Source: an uncultured Cytophagia bacterium (lineage in GTDB: Bacteria; Zhuqueibacterota; Zhuqueibacteria; Residuimicrobiales; Residuimicrobiaceae). From it: a stretch of 64,000 nt of DNA. The stretch spans positions 74,408 through 138,407 of the forward strand of contig CAZISM010000002.1 of NCBI GenBank assembly GCA_964541895.1, written 5' to 3'. A program made the position numbers and the translations under genes. Under the pieces are notes generated by a model, which did no database searches, was not told the origin of the DNA, and saw only the letters and a list, made by a program, of their open reading frames with translations. Every line of letters starts with the position of its first letter. Position 1 is the first letter of the stretch. This document shows positions 38,667 through 48,560 of this stretch, one piece after another.

Positions 38667-40919
38667 ATGAGGTATGGGTTTCGTGTTCTTGTGTTGAGCA
38701 GTAGATTGCTCGCCATTGCAGCATTGCTAGGCAGCCGTATTATTTTATGTGCAAATGCCGACCATACGGAAATGCATATTCCCGACAGAATAGTTGTTTT
38801 CCCTGCCAAAACGTATCTGGTATGCGAAACATCAGATTCGTTGACGTCGATATTTTGGAGCAAAGTTTCTGGTCCGGGCGAGGTGGAAATTGAGAATGAC
38901 CGTGCAAAAAGCACATCGGCCGTATTTTCGACATGCGGGCAATACGTTCTGCACTGTGCTGCAAACGATTCAAAACGTAACTATTCCAAAGCGTTTAAGG
39001 TTGATGTTGTTATGCCCGCATCCAAAACGCATCTCCATCCTATTCCAATTTCAACCTGCAAAATCAACAGCCCGTTTTGGAATGAACGGATAAAAATGCA
39101 AATTGTCAATTGGATTCCACATTGTATCAAGCAACTCGAAGACACCTCGCTGAAAGCAGGTATTCAGAATTTTGTCGAGGCCGGCAATAAGCTGGCCGGC
39201 CGTCCTTATCAGTACCTTACACATGATCACCCATGGACTGATTCTTATGTTCTCAAGCTGATTGAAGCCATGTGTCTTTCACTGATGATAGACAATCAAA
39301 GTGATGCTGCTGTTGCAAAAGCACAGAACGAAATTCGCAACAAACTCGAGGAATGGATTCCAATACTGCTGTCGGCCCAGGAACCCGATGGTTATTTGCA
39401 AACTCGGTTTACACTCGGTTACGAGTCAGAAAAAGGGAATCCTCCGCCACGATGGACGCGTCAAGCGGACCATGAAGGCTACATCGCCGGCTATTTCATG
39501 GAAGCGGCCATCGCTCATTATTATATGTCCAAAGGAACGGACAGGAGATTGTATGATTCAGCCAAAAAGATGGCTGATTGCTGGGAGCGGCATCTAGGAG
39601 CGGCGCCCAAAACAGCATGGTATTCGGGCCATCAAGAACTGGAACTGGCGCTTGTTCGATTTGCTCGTTTAGTAAACGAAGTAGAGGGAAACTCAAGCGG
39701 CGAGAAATACATTCGTCTTGCCAAATTTTTTCTCGATATTCGAGGGGTTGCGAGCGTAGGAAAAGCCAACGGACGGATAACGGCCGATCACGAACAGAAT
39801 CATATTCCACTGCTTCAACAATACGAAGCGGTTGGGCATGCCGTACGCGCTGTGTATTGTTATACCGCCATGACAGATCTATTCATGGAAACAGGTGACG
39901 CGGAATATGAAAGTTCCGTAAAATCGATTTGGGATAATCTTGTCAATAAAAAATATTATATTACCGGAGGAATCGGAACCGGTGAAGATCCCGAATCATT
40001 CGGGAAAAATTATTCACTTAGAAACAATTCGTATTGCGAAACGTGTTCCAGTTGCGGCCAGATATTTTTTCAAAACCGGATGAATCTGGCTTTTCATCAT
40101 TCCCGCTATGCCGATCTTTTGGAAGAAACCCTCTACAATGCCCTGCTTGGAGCCGTTGATCTTTCTGCAAATAATTTTACCTATACCAATCCGCTCGATC
40201 AATCGCATATTCGATATAAATGGCACGCATGTCCCTGTTGCGTGGCCAATATACCGCGAACAGTGTTAGAGTTACCAACTTGGATGTATTCGAAAAACGA
40301 CCAGAATCTATACATAAATCTTTATATTGGCAGCACTGTGCAAATTGGAGCCATGGCCGGTTGCAACCTGCAAGTGGAACAACGGACCGATTATCCATGG
40401 AATGGAAAGGTCGATATTATTCTGAATCCGTCTTTAACGAAGGCCTTCACTTTGCATCTGCGTATTCCCGACAGAACGACAAGTGCATTGTATCAGGCGG
40501 AGCCTGATGTAAATGGAATAAGCTCCATTTACATCAACGGGAAACCTGAACGCCATGAACGTATTGACGGATATGCAGTTATCACCCGCGAATGGAAAGC
40601 ATCGGATAAAATCAGTTTCGTATTGCCGCTACAGATACAGCGTATACGCGCCGACCAACGAATAGAAGCAACTAAAAATAAAGTCGCTTTGCGATATGGA
40701 CCATTGATATATAATATTGAAAGTGTCGATCAAAATCTCGATGCGATGCTCCATTCGGATGCAAAACTAACGGCTCAATGGGAGCCGAGCCTTCTTGGGG
40801 GAGTGATTGCAATTCGGGGAACATATACGGACGGAACGCCCTTATGTGCGATACCGAATTACGCCAGAATGAATCGTGAAGGACGCTCGATAGTTTGGAT
40901 TAATGAAGTTAACAAATGA
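38667..40919 (+). CDS. glycoside hydrolase family 127 (beta-L-arabinofuranosidase, HypBA1/DUF1680-like), secreted
   Basis: ORF 38652..40919. ATG 38667 is preceded by GGAGGA and followed by the signal peptide MRYGFRVLVLSSRLLAIAALLG. DUF1680 layout with Zn-binding Cys blocks CETCSSCGQ and HACPCCVANIPR (cf. the HypBA1 Cys ligands). Confidence 0.8.
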   Translation: MRYGFRVLVLSSRLLAIAALLGSRIILCANADHTEMHIPDRIVVFPAKTYLVCETSDSLTSIFWSKVSGPGEVEIENDRAKSTSAVFSTCGQYVLHCAANDSKRNYSKAFKVDVVMPASKTHLHPIPISTCKINSPFWNERIKMQIVNWIPHCIKQLEDTSLKAGIQNFVEAGNKLAGRPYQYLTHDHPWTDSYVLKLIEAMCLSLMIDNQSDAAVAKAQNEIRNKLEEWIPILLSAQEPDGYLQTRFTLGYESEKGNPPPRWTRQADHEGYIAGYFMEAAIAHYYMSKGTDRRLYDSAKKMADCWERHLGAAPKTAWYSGHQELELALVRFARLVNEVEGNSSGEKYIRLAKFFLDIRGVASVGKANGRITADHEQNHIPLLQQYEAVGHAVRAVYCYTAMTDLFMETGDAEYESSVKSIWDNLVNKKYYITGGIGTGEDPESFGKNYSLRNNSYCETCSSCGQIFFQNRMNLAFHHSRYADLLEETLYNALLGAVDLSANNFTYTNPLDQSHIRYKWHACPCCVANIPRTVLELPTWMYSKNDQNLYINLYIGSTVQIGAMAGCNLQVEQRTDYPWNGKVDIILNPSLTKAFTLHLRIPDRTTSALYQAEPDVNGISSIYINGKPERHERIDGYAVITREWKASDKISFVLPLQIQRIRADQRIEATKNKVALRYGPLIYNIESVDQNLDAMLHSDAKLTAQWEPSLLGGVIAIRGTYTDGTPLCAIPNYARMNREGRSIVWINEVNK

Positions 40920-41354
40920 AACCAATTGTTCATCCGCAGTCACTGTATAACCATCGGCTGCAGCACACGCAGGGCGGCGTGCCTGGCTGAAGCGCGGCTC
41001 GGTGTTCACGTTGAAATACCTATTACGGTCCCTGCCGCGCTCATCCTGTGACGGTGGGCTGGGATCGAATAGTTGCACCTATTCCTGGAGAGCCATATGA
41101 AAAAGTTACTATTTGATTCCATAGATCCTGCAAAAATCGAAAATTACGGACCCGCCACTTGCGGAATGCAGGTTCTAGCTCCTGTTTGGGACACTCTTTT
41201 GATCTTGTAATATAGATAAAATATTGCTTCATTTGGTTCGACCCCTCAATAGTTATCCCGTTCGATTAAAACAAGAGGGATACAAAAGAGCAGCTGATGC
41301 AACGGGCGAAAAGTCGCAGCAAGGGTTTTGACGCACTCGGAAATCAGGAAACCG

Positions 41355-43910
41355 TTATTTAAAGGCAATGGTCTTTATATCCCCTTCGCTCATTTTAAAA
41401 TGGTCAAGTCTTTTGGCTTTTTTCCCTTTCTGGGCAAGCTCCTTTAACTCCAACGTGCCAGATAGCAGTTCAATCTTTACTTCATTCGATGTGACTTGGC
41501 AAATTCCCCAGGCATATCCATTACTCCAAAAATAGCGACCAGGATTTGAAGTAATACTCATCGATTTTGATACTCCAGAATACTGAAAATCACTCAACGC
41601 GATTACAGCCGCCCAGCTGGCCATTGCCCGGGCATAATGGCCTCCGCATTCCACCTCGTTGAACGGATTGCGCTTTTCTCCGTCAAACCTGTCTCTGATC
41701 GATTTTATAATACGCAGTCCGTCCTTCTGCAGATCCTCATAAATCATTTCCGTGGCCGCTGCATATTCAAAACCTGTCATCACTTCATTAAAGTATGCAA
41801 ATGGTACTTTAAGCCTGCCGCCGTGCGGCCATGATCCAATCAGCAAACCGGACTCTTTCCCCATCACAAACGATCTCATCTGATTAAATTGGTGAGTAAA
41901 GTCCGTTTGATAATTATATTTTATGATAGATCTCAGAGCTGTTTGAATGTGTTCTTTTTTGGCAAGGTGGCCCAGACCGCATATATGGGCCATAACCTGT
42001 CCGACCAGCTGGTCGACGATGCAGCATGTGCCTAACTGATAATCGGGAATCTTGACCTTCGGATCGTTCATATCCAGAAATTGAAAGCTCTGTGGATCGG
42101 TAATCTTTTGCTCATAGTATTCACCGTTGAACAGATGGGCATCCATCCAGCTGCTTCCGCGGCGAAACAAATCATCGCATGTATCAGCAAACTCTTTGTC
42201 GTTCATATACAGCGCCATCCGGCTTCCGGCCTTTAAAGCCGCCAAATACCAAAACCCTGTCTGGGGGTTAGGTCCATAGTAATCTTCATCAAAGGTGTTG
42301 TGCTGTGCGCCTTCCATCACCCCGTCCTGATTGCCGTCCCATCCACCTTCGGTCCAGGCATAGGACAGGACTTTTTTTATTTGTTTCCAATTGGTTTTCA
42401 AAAATGCATCGTCTCCAGAGAGTTGCCAGTCGCGGTAGAATTTTACGATGCAGCCCATCTGACCGTCGGCGGCTCCTTTCCCTTTTCCTTTTGCCGCTTC
42501 ACTTAAAGGCAGCTTTGCGCGAAAATACATCATGCCATCATCCCTGGTCGCATAATTAAACTCCACATCCCGCATCGTACGCGCCAGATGGCCGAAAAGA
42601 AAAGGAGTAGCCAATTCGTAATTCCACACATGGGTGCAAGAACCCCAGCATGAACCGGTCCTGTTCATAATCCCTTCCCAACCCATTAAATGTCCGCTGG
42701 GTATTCGAAAGGTCGTTTGAGATCGTAAGTTTGCCAGATTAAACAAAGCCGCTTCCTTAACCGCCTGTGGATACGTACTGCCGATAAAGGCTCCAACGAA
42801 TTTTATCGTTTTCGATTCCAATTCAGGGATCTGAGGCACAATTTTCTTTGCGGCATCCCAGGCATCATCATACTGTATGGAATAATAGTTGCCCACGACC
42901 GTCGGCGACCATGCCATGCGATTGGGAAAATTCCATGTGATAAAAAACGTAAAGGTTTCTCTGCCTTTGGCGGGCACCGTTTTTTTTACCGCAAGGGACC
43001 CCATAGGATCATCGTCGACCGATTGGTGCGCATCCACCAGTTGGCCGTCGTCACTGAAATCATCCCAAAAATCCAGCAGCGCAAGCCCCCACATATTGCT
43101 GCGCGAGGACGTTCGATACGTAACGCCGCCGTTTGCCGCTGTGCTGAGAGCAATGGTGCCCCATGCCGGATCATTTTTTGCAACACCGTCTGAATACATA
43201 TACAGGCCTTTGAGCGTCCCGTCGGCATGATACACATTCACATTCCTTTTTGCTCCTGTGGGAATGTAGTCGTTTCTAAAATCTGAAGTATATTTGCTGC
43301 CATCCTTACCTACAAAATTGCGCATTGAACCGCACACGGCCACCTCGATGGCATTGTTTGCAGGATTGGATACTTCATAGCTTAGCACCGCGACAGGCAG
43401 ACCGCTCGCCTCTTCGTTGGCCGGCAGCAAAGGATTGAATCCTTTTATTTTTACTGACACCGGAATATGTTCATCCCACAAGCTTACCTCTCCGAATGGA
43501 TACGCCGCGCTGAATTTGGCGTTGGAAAATCTTGGCAGCCCATAATGATTTGTAGATCTTCCCTCCATGTGCATATATTCTGAAGGCAAGACGGGACCAA
43601 GGAGCGCAGCGGCAATCGCTTTTTTGCCCTTTTCCTTCATAAAGATGGCGAAAAAAGGCGCATCATTTCCGACCGGAACTGTGGAGTAACCTTTTCCCGG
43701 GATGTTCATTATTTCCCAATCTTTGAGTTCACCACGACCACCCAGCGAAACCGTGCCGGTACCAATGCCACCCAAGGGCAGAGCTACTTCCTTCAAGGCA
43801 TGACCTTGATAGGTGCGAAGCAGCGGCCACAGTGAAGGTTTCCATTCTTGAGAATAACAGATCAGGCCAGGAATGAGGGCCAGGCAAGTACATAATTGGC
43901 GAATGAACAT
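41355..43910 (-). CDS. glycoside hydrolase family 116 (GBA2/bile-acid beta-glucosidase-type beta-glucosidase/xylosidase), secreted
   Basis: 851 aa. Signal peptide. The N-terminal PLGGIGTGTVSLGGRGELKDWEIMN matches the GH116 N-domain hallmark. The C-terminal half shows the DUF608 catalytic six-hairpin pattern. Confidence 0.75.
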   Translation of the reverse strand: MFIRQLCTCLALIPGLICYSQEWKPSLWPLLRTYQGHALKEVALPLGGIGTGTVSLGGRGELKDWEIMNIPGKGYSTVPVGNDAPFFAIFMKEKGKKAIAAALLGPVLPSEYMHMEGRSTNHYGLPRFSNAKFSAAYPFGEVSLWDEHIPVSVKIKGFNPLLPANEEASGLPVAVLSYEVSNPANNAIEVAVCGSMRNFVGKDGSKYTSDFRNDYIPTGAKRNVNVYHADGTLKGLYMYSDGVAKNDPAWGTIALSTAANGGVTYRTSSRSNMWGLALLDFWDDFSDDGQLVDAHQSVDDDPMGSLAVKKTVPAKGRETFTFFITWNFPNRMAWSPTVVGNYYSIQYDDAWDAAKKIVPQIPELESKTIKFVGAFIGSTYPQAVKEAALFNLANLRSQTTFRIPSGHLMGWEGIMNRTGSCWGSCTHVWNYELATPFLFGHLARTMRDVEFNYATRDDGMMYFRAKLPLSEAAKGKGKGAADGQMGCIVKFYRDWQLSGDDAFLKTNWKQIKKVLSYAWTEGGWDGNQDGVMEGAQHNTFDEDYYGPNPQTGFWYLAALKAGSRMALYMNDKEFADTCDDLFRRGSSWMDAHLFNGEYYEQKITDPQSFQFLDMNDPKVKIPDYQLGTCCIVDQLVGQVMAHICGLGHLAKKEHIQTALRSIIKYNYQTDFTHQFNQMRSFVMGKESGLLIGSWPHGGRLKVPFAYFNEVMTGFEYAAATEMIYEDLQKDGLRIIKSIRDRFDGEKRNPFNEVECGGHYARAMASWAAVIALSDFQYSGVSKSMSITSNPGRYFWSNGYAWGICQVTSNEVKIELLSGTLELKELAQKGKKAKRLDHFKMSEGDIKTIAFK

Positions 43911-44183
43911 GATGATCTCTTTCCAATTAATATTTTTATCGGGATAAGAGGCGGTCCAGCCTCTGCAGCAGCCATAGATACAGCCACGCGGGACGGCCGC
44001 GGCGTGGCTCTGCCGTTTTTGTCGAACGCTATCAGGTCGAGACAGCTGCCGGACTAGCCGCGCCCGCTCGTGAACCAGTGGATGCTCCCCTCCACTCCGG
44101 GTTGACCGTTGGTTCTGGTACTGCGGCCGCCCGGTGATTTTGATCCTCCTCTGCCGGCTTCGATCGTGTGGCGGAATGGCGGC

Positions 44184-46073
44184 CTATTCCTTCTCTTCTC
44201 CTGAATTGAAATCCAGAGTCAAACGTTTATCGCCCTTGGCGATATGAACAACTCCGCTATCCCAATCGGACTGTAGATAAGGACAATCATACGTTTTGTA
44301 ATTCAGATTCACCGGTTGCCCATTATATTCCCGCAACCCCCGGGTGTTCATAGCCAGGGTTCCGTATCGTCTTGACCGACAGGTCAGGTGCATCGCTTTG
44401 GCATCAAAGCTGATCTTGTCCTGCAAAATTTCTCGCATAAAATTTTCCAGAGAACCGTATTCAGCAAGCATGCCCACCTGACACACGGCTCCGTTCCGTG
44501 GTCCCTGGCTGATGATTTCCTTGTCCCGCCATACTCCGGTAAACGTCCAGCCTAAAGTCCCTGTCATGGCCGATTTGAAATCCAACTGATCCGTTTTAAT
44601 TTCCCATACATAGCCGTTCAGCATCTTTAGCGAGGCAACACCATGGCCTTCCTGCAGGAAAATGTAGCCTTCTCGTTCCACGACTCTTTCGAATGAAGAT
44701 TTCGGAACATAAGCGTGAATCCATTGATACGGCTGATCAGGAGGTATATCGTACAGAGCCAACAAAACACCCTGGTGTTGAAAAAAATGGCTGCAACCGC
44801 AACGGAGGTCGCCGGTCCAGTAGCCGTGTTCGTTGCCGCTGGTACCCGGATGATGGGTAAATAGGCGCGCCGTGAGCCGGGTTGGAAACGAGAGATCCCA
44901 CTCGTGCTGTTCATGATGGGCATACCATTTACCGTCACACTCCGGCGGATAGGCCTCCTGCCGTTGCACGCAGCCCATCATATAAAAAGGAGTGTAATAG
45001 GTATATTTGCTGATGCTGCCGGCCAGAGGATGCTGCGGCATAACATCATCGACGTTATGCAAATGCTTCCGTTCTCGGTTCTCATAGATCTGTTCCCGAT
45101 CGAGCGCGATATCAATCACAATTTCTGGCGGACGATAGGATGAGAGCAGGGGATCCACCAAAGTACTTTTCTCTTGCACGGTCGCCGGATCGACATTGCC
45201 GAAATAGAGGTACTGCAGCGGATAGGTGGCTTCATGGCCATGATCCAGCGCGTGCGGTGCGTAGATTCTGCCATGAGCGCCACCAAACATGCCATGCCGT
45301 GAATCTACAGCCATATCGACCAGTAAAAGAGTGAGCATTTTGCCGGCGAGCTGTTGTATCGTCTTGTCCAGGCTATGATCATGCAAGGTGGTGAGGCATT
45401 CCCATTCCGGTTGAAAATAGCAAGGAGAATCGAATTCGCCCCATCCCCGGCAGGCGCGAAAACGGATGAAGCGGGCCAGCCAGTCACGATCCTGCCCGAC
45501 CAATTCTGATCCCTTTTTGCCATAGGCCTGAAAAAGCGAATCCGGGAACGCCAGGCCCATCAAAAAACGGCTGGTGTGAAACAGCAGGTGATGGTTTTCA
45601 GATGGATGGACACTTTTGAATTCGCAAGTAAAGAAAAAACGTCGAATCCGCTGCACGGTGGCCGGCTCCAGTTTCCCGGTATCCTTGAACAGGTAATAGG
45701 CCTGACAGAGCTTCATGGCGGCAAAGTCATTTTCGCCGTAATGATCGCGTCCGTTGGGATGTGGGTGATCGAACCATTCTGCGGTCCGTCGAATGCGCTG
45801 GTTAGCCTCTTTGACAAAACGATTTAAAGCCAAGTTAGCGATTGCGCGATTTGCATAGATGTCCAGCTTCGCATCGGCAATCATCGAACCGGCGATGTTG
45901 TGCTCTGCCGTATTTTCCAGCAATAGCCGGCGCCGGGATTCAAAGGATGCGATCGACTCCTGGACCGTCAGGTCCGAAACATGAAGCACACGCTCGGCTT
46001 GAGAGCGCAGGTTTTGATTCAGACCGGACAGAACCATAAAAAGGAATAAAGAAACATGCGTGAATCGCTTCAT
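44184..46073 (-). CDS. polysaccharide-lyase-like protein (heparinase II/III-type alpha/alpha-toroid plus beta-sandwich), secreted
   Basis: 629 aa. Signal peptide MKRFTHVSLFLFMVLSGLNQNLRSQA. Architecture and His/Tyr-rich central segment resemble heparinase II/III-like lyases. Assignment is by general resemblance only. Confidence 0.4.
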   Translation of the reverse strand: MKRFTHVSLFLFMVLSGLNQNLRSQAERVLHVSDLTVQESIASFESRRRLLLENTAEHNIAGSMIADAKLDIYANRAIANLALNRFVKEANQRIRRTAEWFDHPHPNGRDHYGENDFAAMKLCQAYYLFKDTGKLEPATVQRIRRFFFTCEFKSVHPSENHHLLFHTSRFLMGLAFPDSLFQAYGKKGSELVGQDRDWLARFIRFRACRGWGEFDSPCYFQPEWECLTTLHDHSLDKTIQQLAGKMLTLLLVDMAVDSRHGMFGGAHGRIYAPHALDHGHEATYPLQYLYFGNVDPATVQEKSTLVDPLLSSYRPPEIVIDIALDREQIYENRERKHLHNVDDVMPQHPLAGSISKYTYYTPFYMMGCVQRQEAYPPECDGKWYAHHEQHEWDLSFPTRLTARLFTHHPGTSGNEHGYWTGDLRCGCSHFFQHQGVLLALYDIPPDQPYQWIHAYVPKSSFERVVEREGYIFLQEGHGVASLKMLNGYVWEIKTDQLDFKSAMTGTLGWTFTGVWRDKEIISQGPRNGAVCQVGMLAEYGSLENFMREILQDKISFDAKAMHLTCRSRRYGTLAMNTRGLREYNGQPVNLNYKTYDCPYLQSDWDSGVVHIAKGDKRLTLDFNSGEEKE

Positions 46074-46654
46074 CAGAGCCCTCTATCCTGATTCTTATGT
46101 TTGTGCGAATCTCGAAAACAGGAGCATATGGATATCGCAGACGTGGCCGGGTTGTTGAAATAGAATTGTCGAACACCTGGCATTTCGTTCCGATCGGAAT
46201 TGTTACACGAGGCGAGCAACGTGATTCTTGCTGCATATCATGGCTCGAAGGCCAAGTTCGAACCAAATGCAACGGCGCCAAGACACACAGCTACCGGTGC
46301 GCGTACAAGGTTCTTGAACCCGAATCGGCTAAATGCTACATTTGCGTGAACGGTAAAGTATGAATCGTGACTCATGATAAACGTTAAAGCAATCCAAAAT
46401 TGTCTCTCGTTCATGATATATATCACCAAAAAACGATGGAACAGTTATTGGCATCAGCTGGATGAAGTCATAAAACTTTTGCCGGACATTTTGGGGAAGT
46501 AGGCCAGGCCGGGTTTTCCCTGCGAAAAGTGGTCGAACGGCTGGAACAGCACGGTGTGGAATGTATTCGCACCTACCGCGTATTTGAAAATCCCTATCAC
46601 CGCTTTTTTATCCTCAAGATTCGCCGCGCCAACGCCGGACAGCCCGGTCTGTCC

Positions 46655-48028
46655 TCAATCGCCGCTCGATGTCGTAGAGGATGATGAGCGCTGGAGAAAG
46701 GAAAGCCGGGCCAATTCCTGCTCGGTGATGTATCGGTTCCAACTGAGCAGTTTCACCTTTTTATCATCGATGCGCTCGATATAGCTCCATAGGGCAGAGT
46801 CAAAATCTCCCCGTATGTTCCTCGCGCCGTTACTGTCTTCAATATAAATGTTGCCATTATCCAGAATCCTGGTCGCTCCCTGGGTTCTCGTCCTTAGCGA
46901 TATCGATGCCAAGAGCTGGGCATATGGCGTGGTAATGCTCCCATTCGAGAAATCGTAGACGTACTGTTGGTTGTGACCGTCAACAAATATTCCGTTGGCA
47001 TTCTTAAAGCGGGCTTCTATCACATTATTGCCGAAAACCGAAATCCGAGTGGAATCGAGAATATCGACATCATGTTGACGCAGCCAGGGGCCGTTCTGCC
47101 GCCATAAAATCTTATTGGTGGAAGGACGGTACAGCAAAACCAGATTTTGATTGCGCAAGCTTAGAAACAGATCGCCTTTTTTCCAGAAGCGAGCGTCCTG
47201 CAACACCGGCTGGATATCGTTCATGTGGCTGTAATCCAGATACGTTTCATTCATCGTTTCCGACGGATTGATAAAGAATACTCCGCGATCATATCCGTTC
47301 TCGATCAACAGCTCGAAAACGGACTTTTGGTATAGAATCCGGCCGTCCACAGGCGAGAGTTTGGTTATGACATCGTCGGTGATCTGATACTTGTCCGAGT
47401 TTTTTGTGGAAGCGTTGAACGCGCATACCCATATGTTGCCGTCGGCGTCCGGTTCGATCGTATGATGGCACATGGCCGTATTCGCCCAGACCAGTCGGGC
47501 GTGTCTGTCGATTTTGAATATGCCTGATGCCCGAAAAATCAGCGAGCCATCGTCCAGCAGCAGCGGAGCATAGCATTTGAAATCGGTGCGTGTGAAACGA
47601 TTCTGCGCGCCCTGGAACACATTGCTGATAATGGTCGTGTTGGCGATTTTAATTAATTGGTCAACGTCCGGCACCCAGCGATACACGGTGTTGCCGTCCC
47701 GGATGCGAATCAGTTTGACAATCGATTGATTCAGCGAATCGTCCCATGAGGGCAGCAGCAAATAATCTTTGCATACGGCGCTTGTATCGAAATAGACAAA
47801 TCCGTTTTGCCCTGAAAAAGTGTTGGGTTGTTCCAGTGGCTTTAGCGAGTCAGGATCTAAAAGGTTGGCCATGTGCATGGGCAGTTCCATTAAAAACAGA
47901 ACCACTTCCCTTGCCTGTCCCGTAATTCTGCTGCCGCCCTCCAGCACATGCCGTGCCACTCCCATCGAGAGGATCATGACAGCAAAAAGGAGCCAAAATC
48001 CGACTAATAGTATTCGTGCTTTGGTCAT
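46655..48028 (-). CDS. arylsulfotransferase (ASST)-like beta-propeller protein, membrane-anchored
   Basis: 457 aa. N-terminal TM helix. His-rich blocks MCHHTIEPDADGNIW and LRQHDVDILDSTRISVFGNN resemble the HHD/HxD active-site blocks of aryl-sulfate sulfotransferases. Confidence 0.5.
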   Translation of the reverse strand: MTKARILLVGFWLLFAVMILSMGVARHVLEGGSRITGQAREVVLFLMELPMHMANLLDPDSLKPLEQPNTFSGQNGFVYFDTSAVCKDYLLLPSWDDSLNQSIVKLIRIRDGNTVYRWVPDVDQLIKIANTTIISNVFQGAQNRFTRTDFKCYAPLLLDDGSLIFRASGIFKIDRHARLVWANTAMCHHTIEPDADGNIWVCAFNASTKNSDKYQITDDVITKLSPVDGRILYQKSVFELLIENGYDRGVFFINPSETMNETYLDYSHMNDIQPVLQDARFWKKGDLFLSLRNQNLVLLYRPSTNKILWRQNGPWLRQHDVDILDSTRISVFGNNVIEARFKNANGIFVDGHNQQYVYDFSNGSITTPYAQLLASISLRTRTQGATRILDNGNIYIEDSNGARNIRGDFDSALWSYIERIDDKKVKLLSWNRYITEQELARLSFLQRSSSSTTSSGD

Positions 48029-48075
48029 TTGTCAACCTTTGTCGACTCTCCGGTCCGCTATGCACAACGATAATG

Positions 48076-48423
48076 TTACTTGCTATCCAGCACACTGCTG
48101 TATTCGTTTTGAAATGTTTCGGCACGAACGTGCAGAACATCCTGCCAATCCCATATGGGCGCATCGGCCAGAAGAAACGGCTCCCTCCAGATTTGTGCGT
48201 TGGCCGTCTTGCGCATGCCCGAAATGCGCACGTCATCGGCCCGGCCCTCGCCGGAACCGTGATACCAGGCGAGCAACAGGTCGCCATTCGCCGGCTCGAC
48301 GCGCGAGGAAAGGTGATTATGCCACGGCTCGGTGGGAAAGAGCGGGGTCTTTTCAAACCGTTGCCCAATGGCTGTTGCCGCGAGCAGATTAATCAGCAGT
48401 CGAATCATCCGGAAAACTCCCAT
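48076..48423 (-). pseudogene. truncated N-terminal remnant (115 aa) of a BNR/sialidase-like (exo-alpha-sialidase fold) gene
   Basis: Signal peptide plus PLFPTEPWHNHLSSRVEPANGDLLLAWYHGSGEGRADDVRI...IWREP. This matches the conserved N-terminal block of BNR-repeat sialidase-like proteins (cf. [24 protein letters not shown]...DV.IW). Full-length homologues are 350-400 aa. The ORF stops 48 nt before the ASST-like gene, with no continuation in any frame. Confidence 0.45.
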
Positions 48424-48560
48424 GCCTTTGCTGTCACAAAATAATTCTTTACTTTTTCAATCACAAGACATTTCACGATTTCGGAAATATTCGACATCAA
48501 TCTGAGTGTTTTAATACTAAAGTCATGCTGTATGTATGATCAACGGGAGGTTAGGAAAAG

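Noticed and set aside
46636-46653. hairpin ggacag-cccggt-ctgtcc just downstream of the ASST-like gene
   Set aside because: No U-tract on either strand. Too weak to call a terminator.
47850-48368. 172-aa minus-strand ORF overlapping the BNR fragment in another frame
   Set aside because: Arg/Gly/Cys-rich with no protein-like features. The BNR-like frame is the biologically plausible one.
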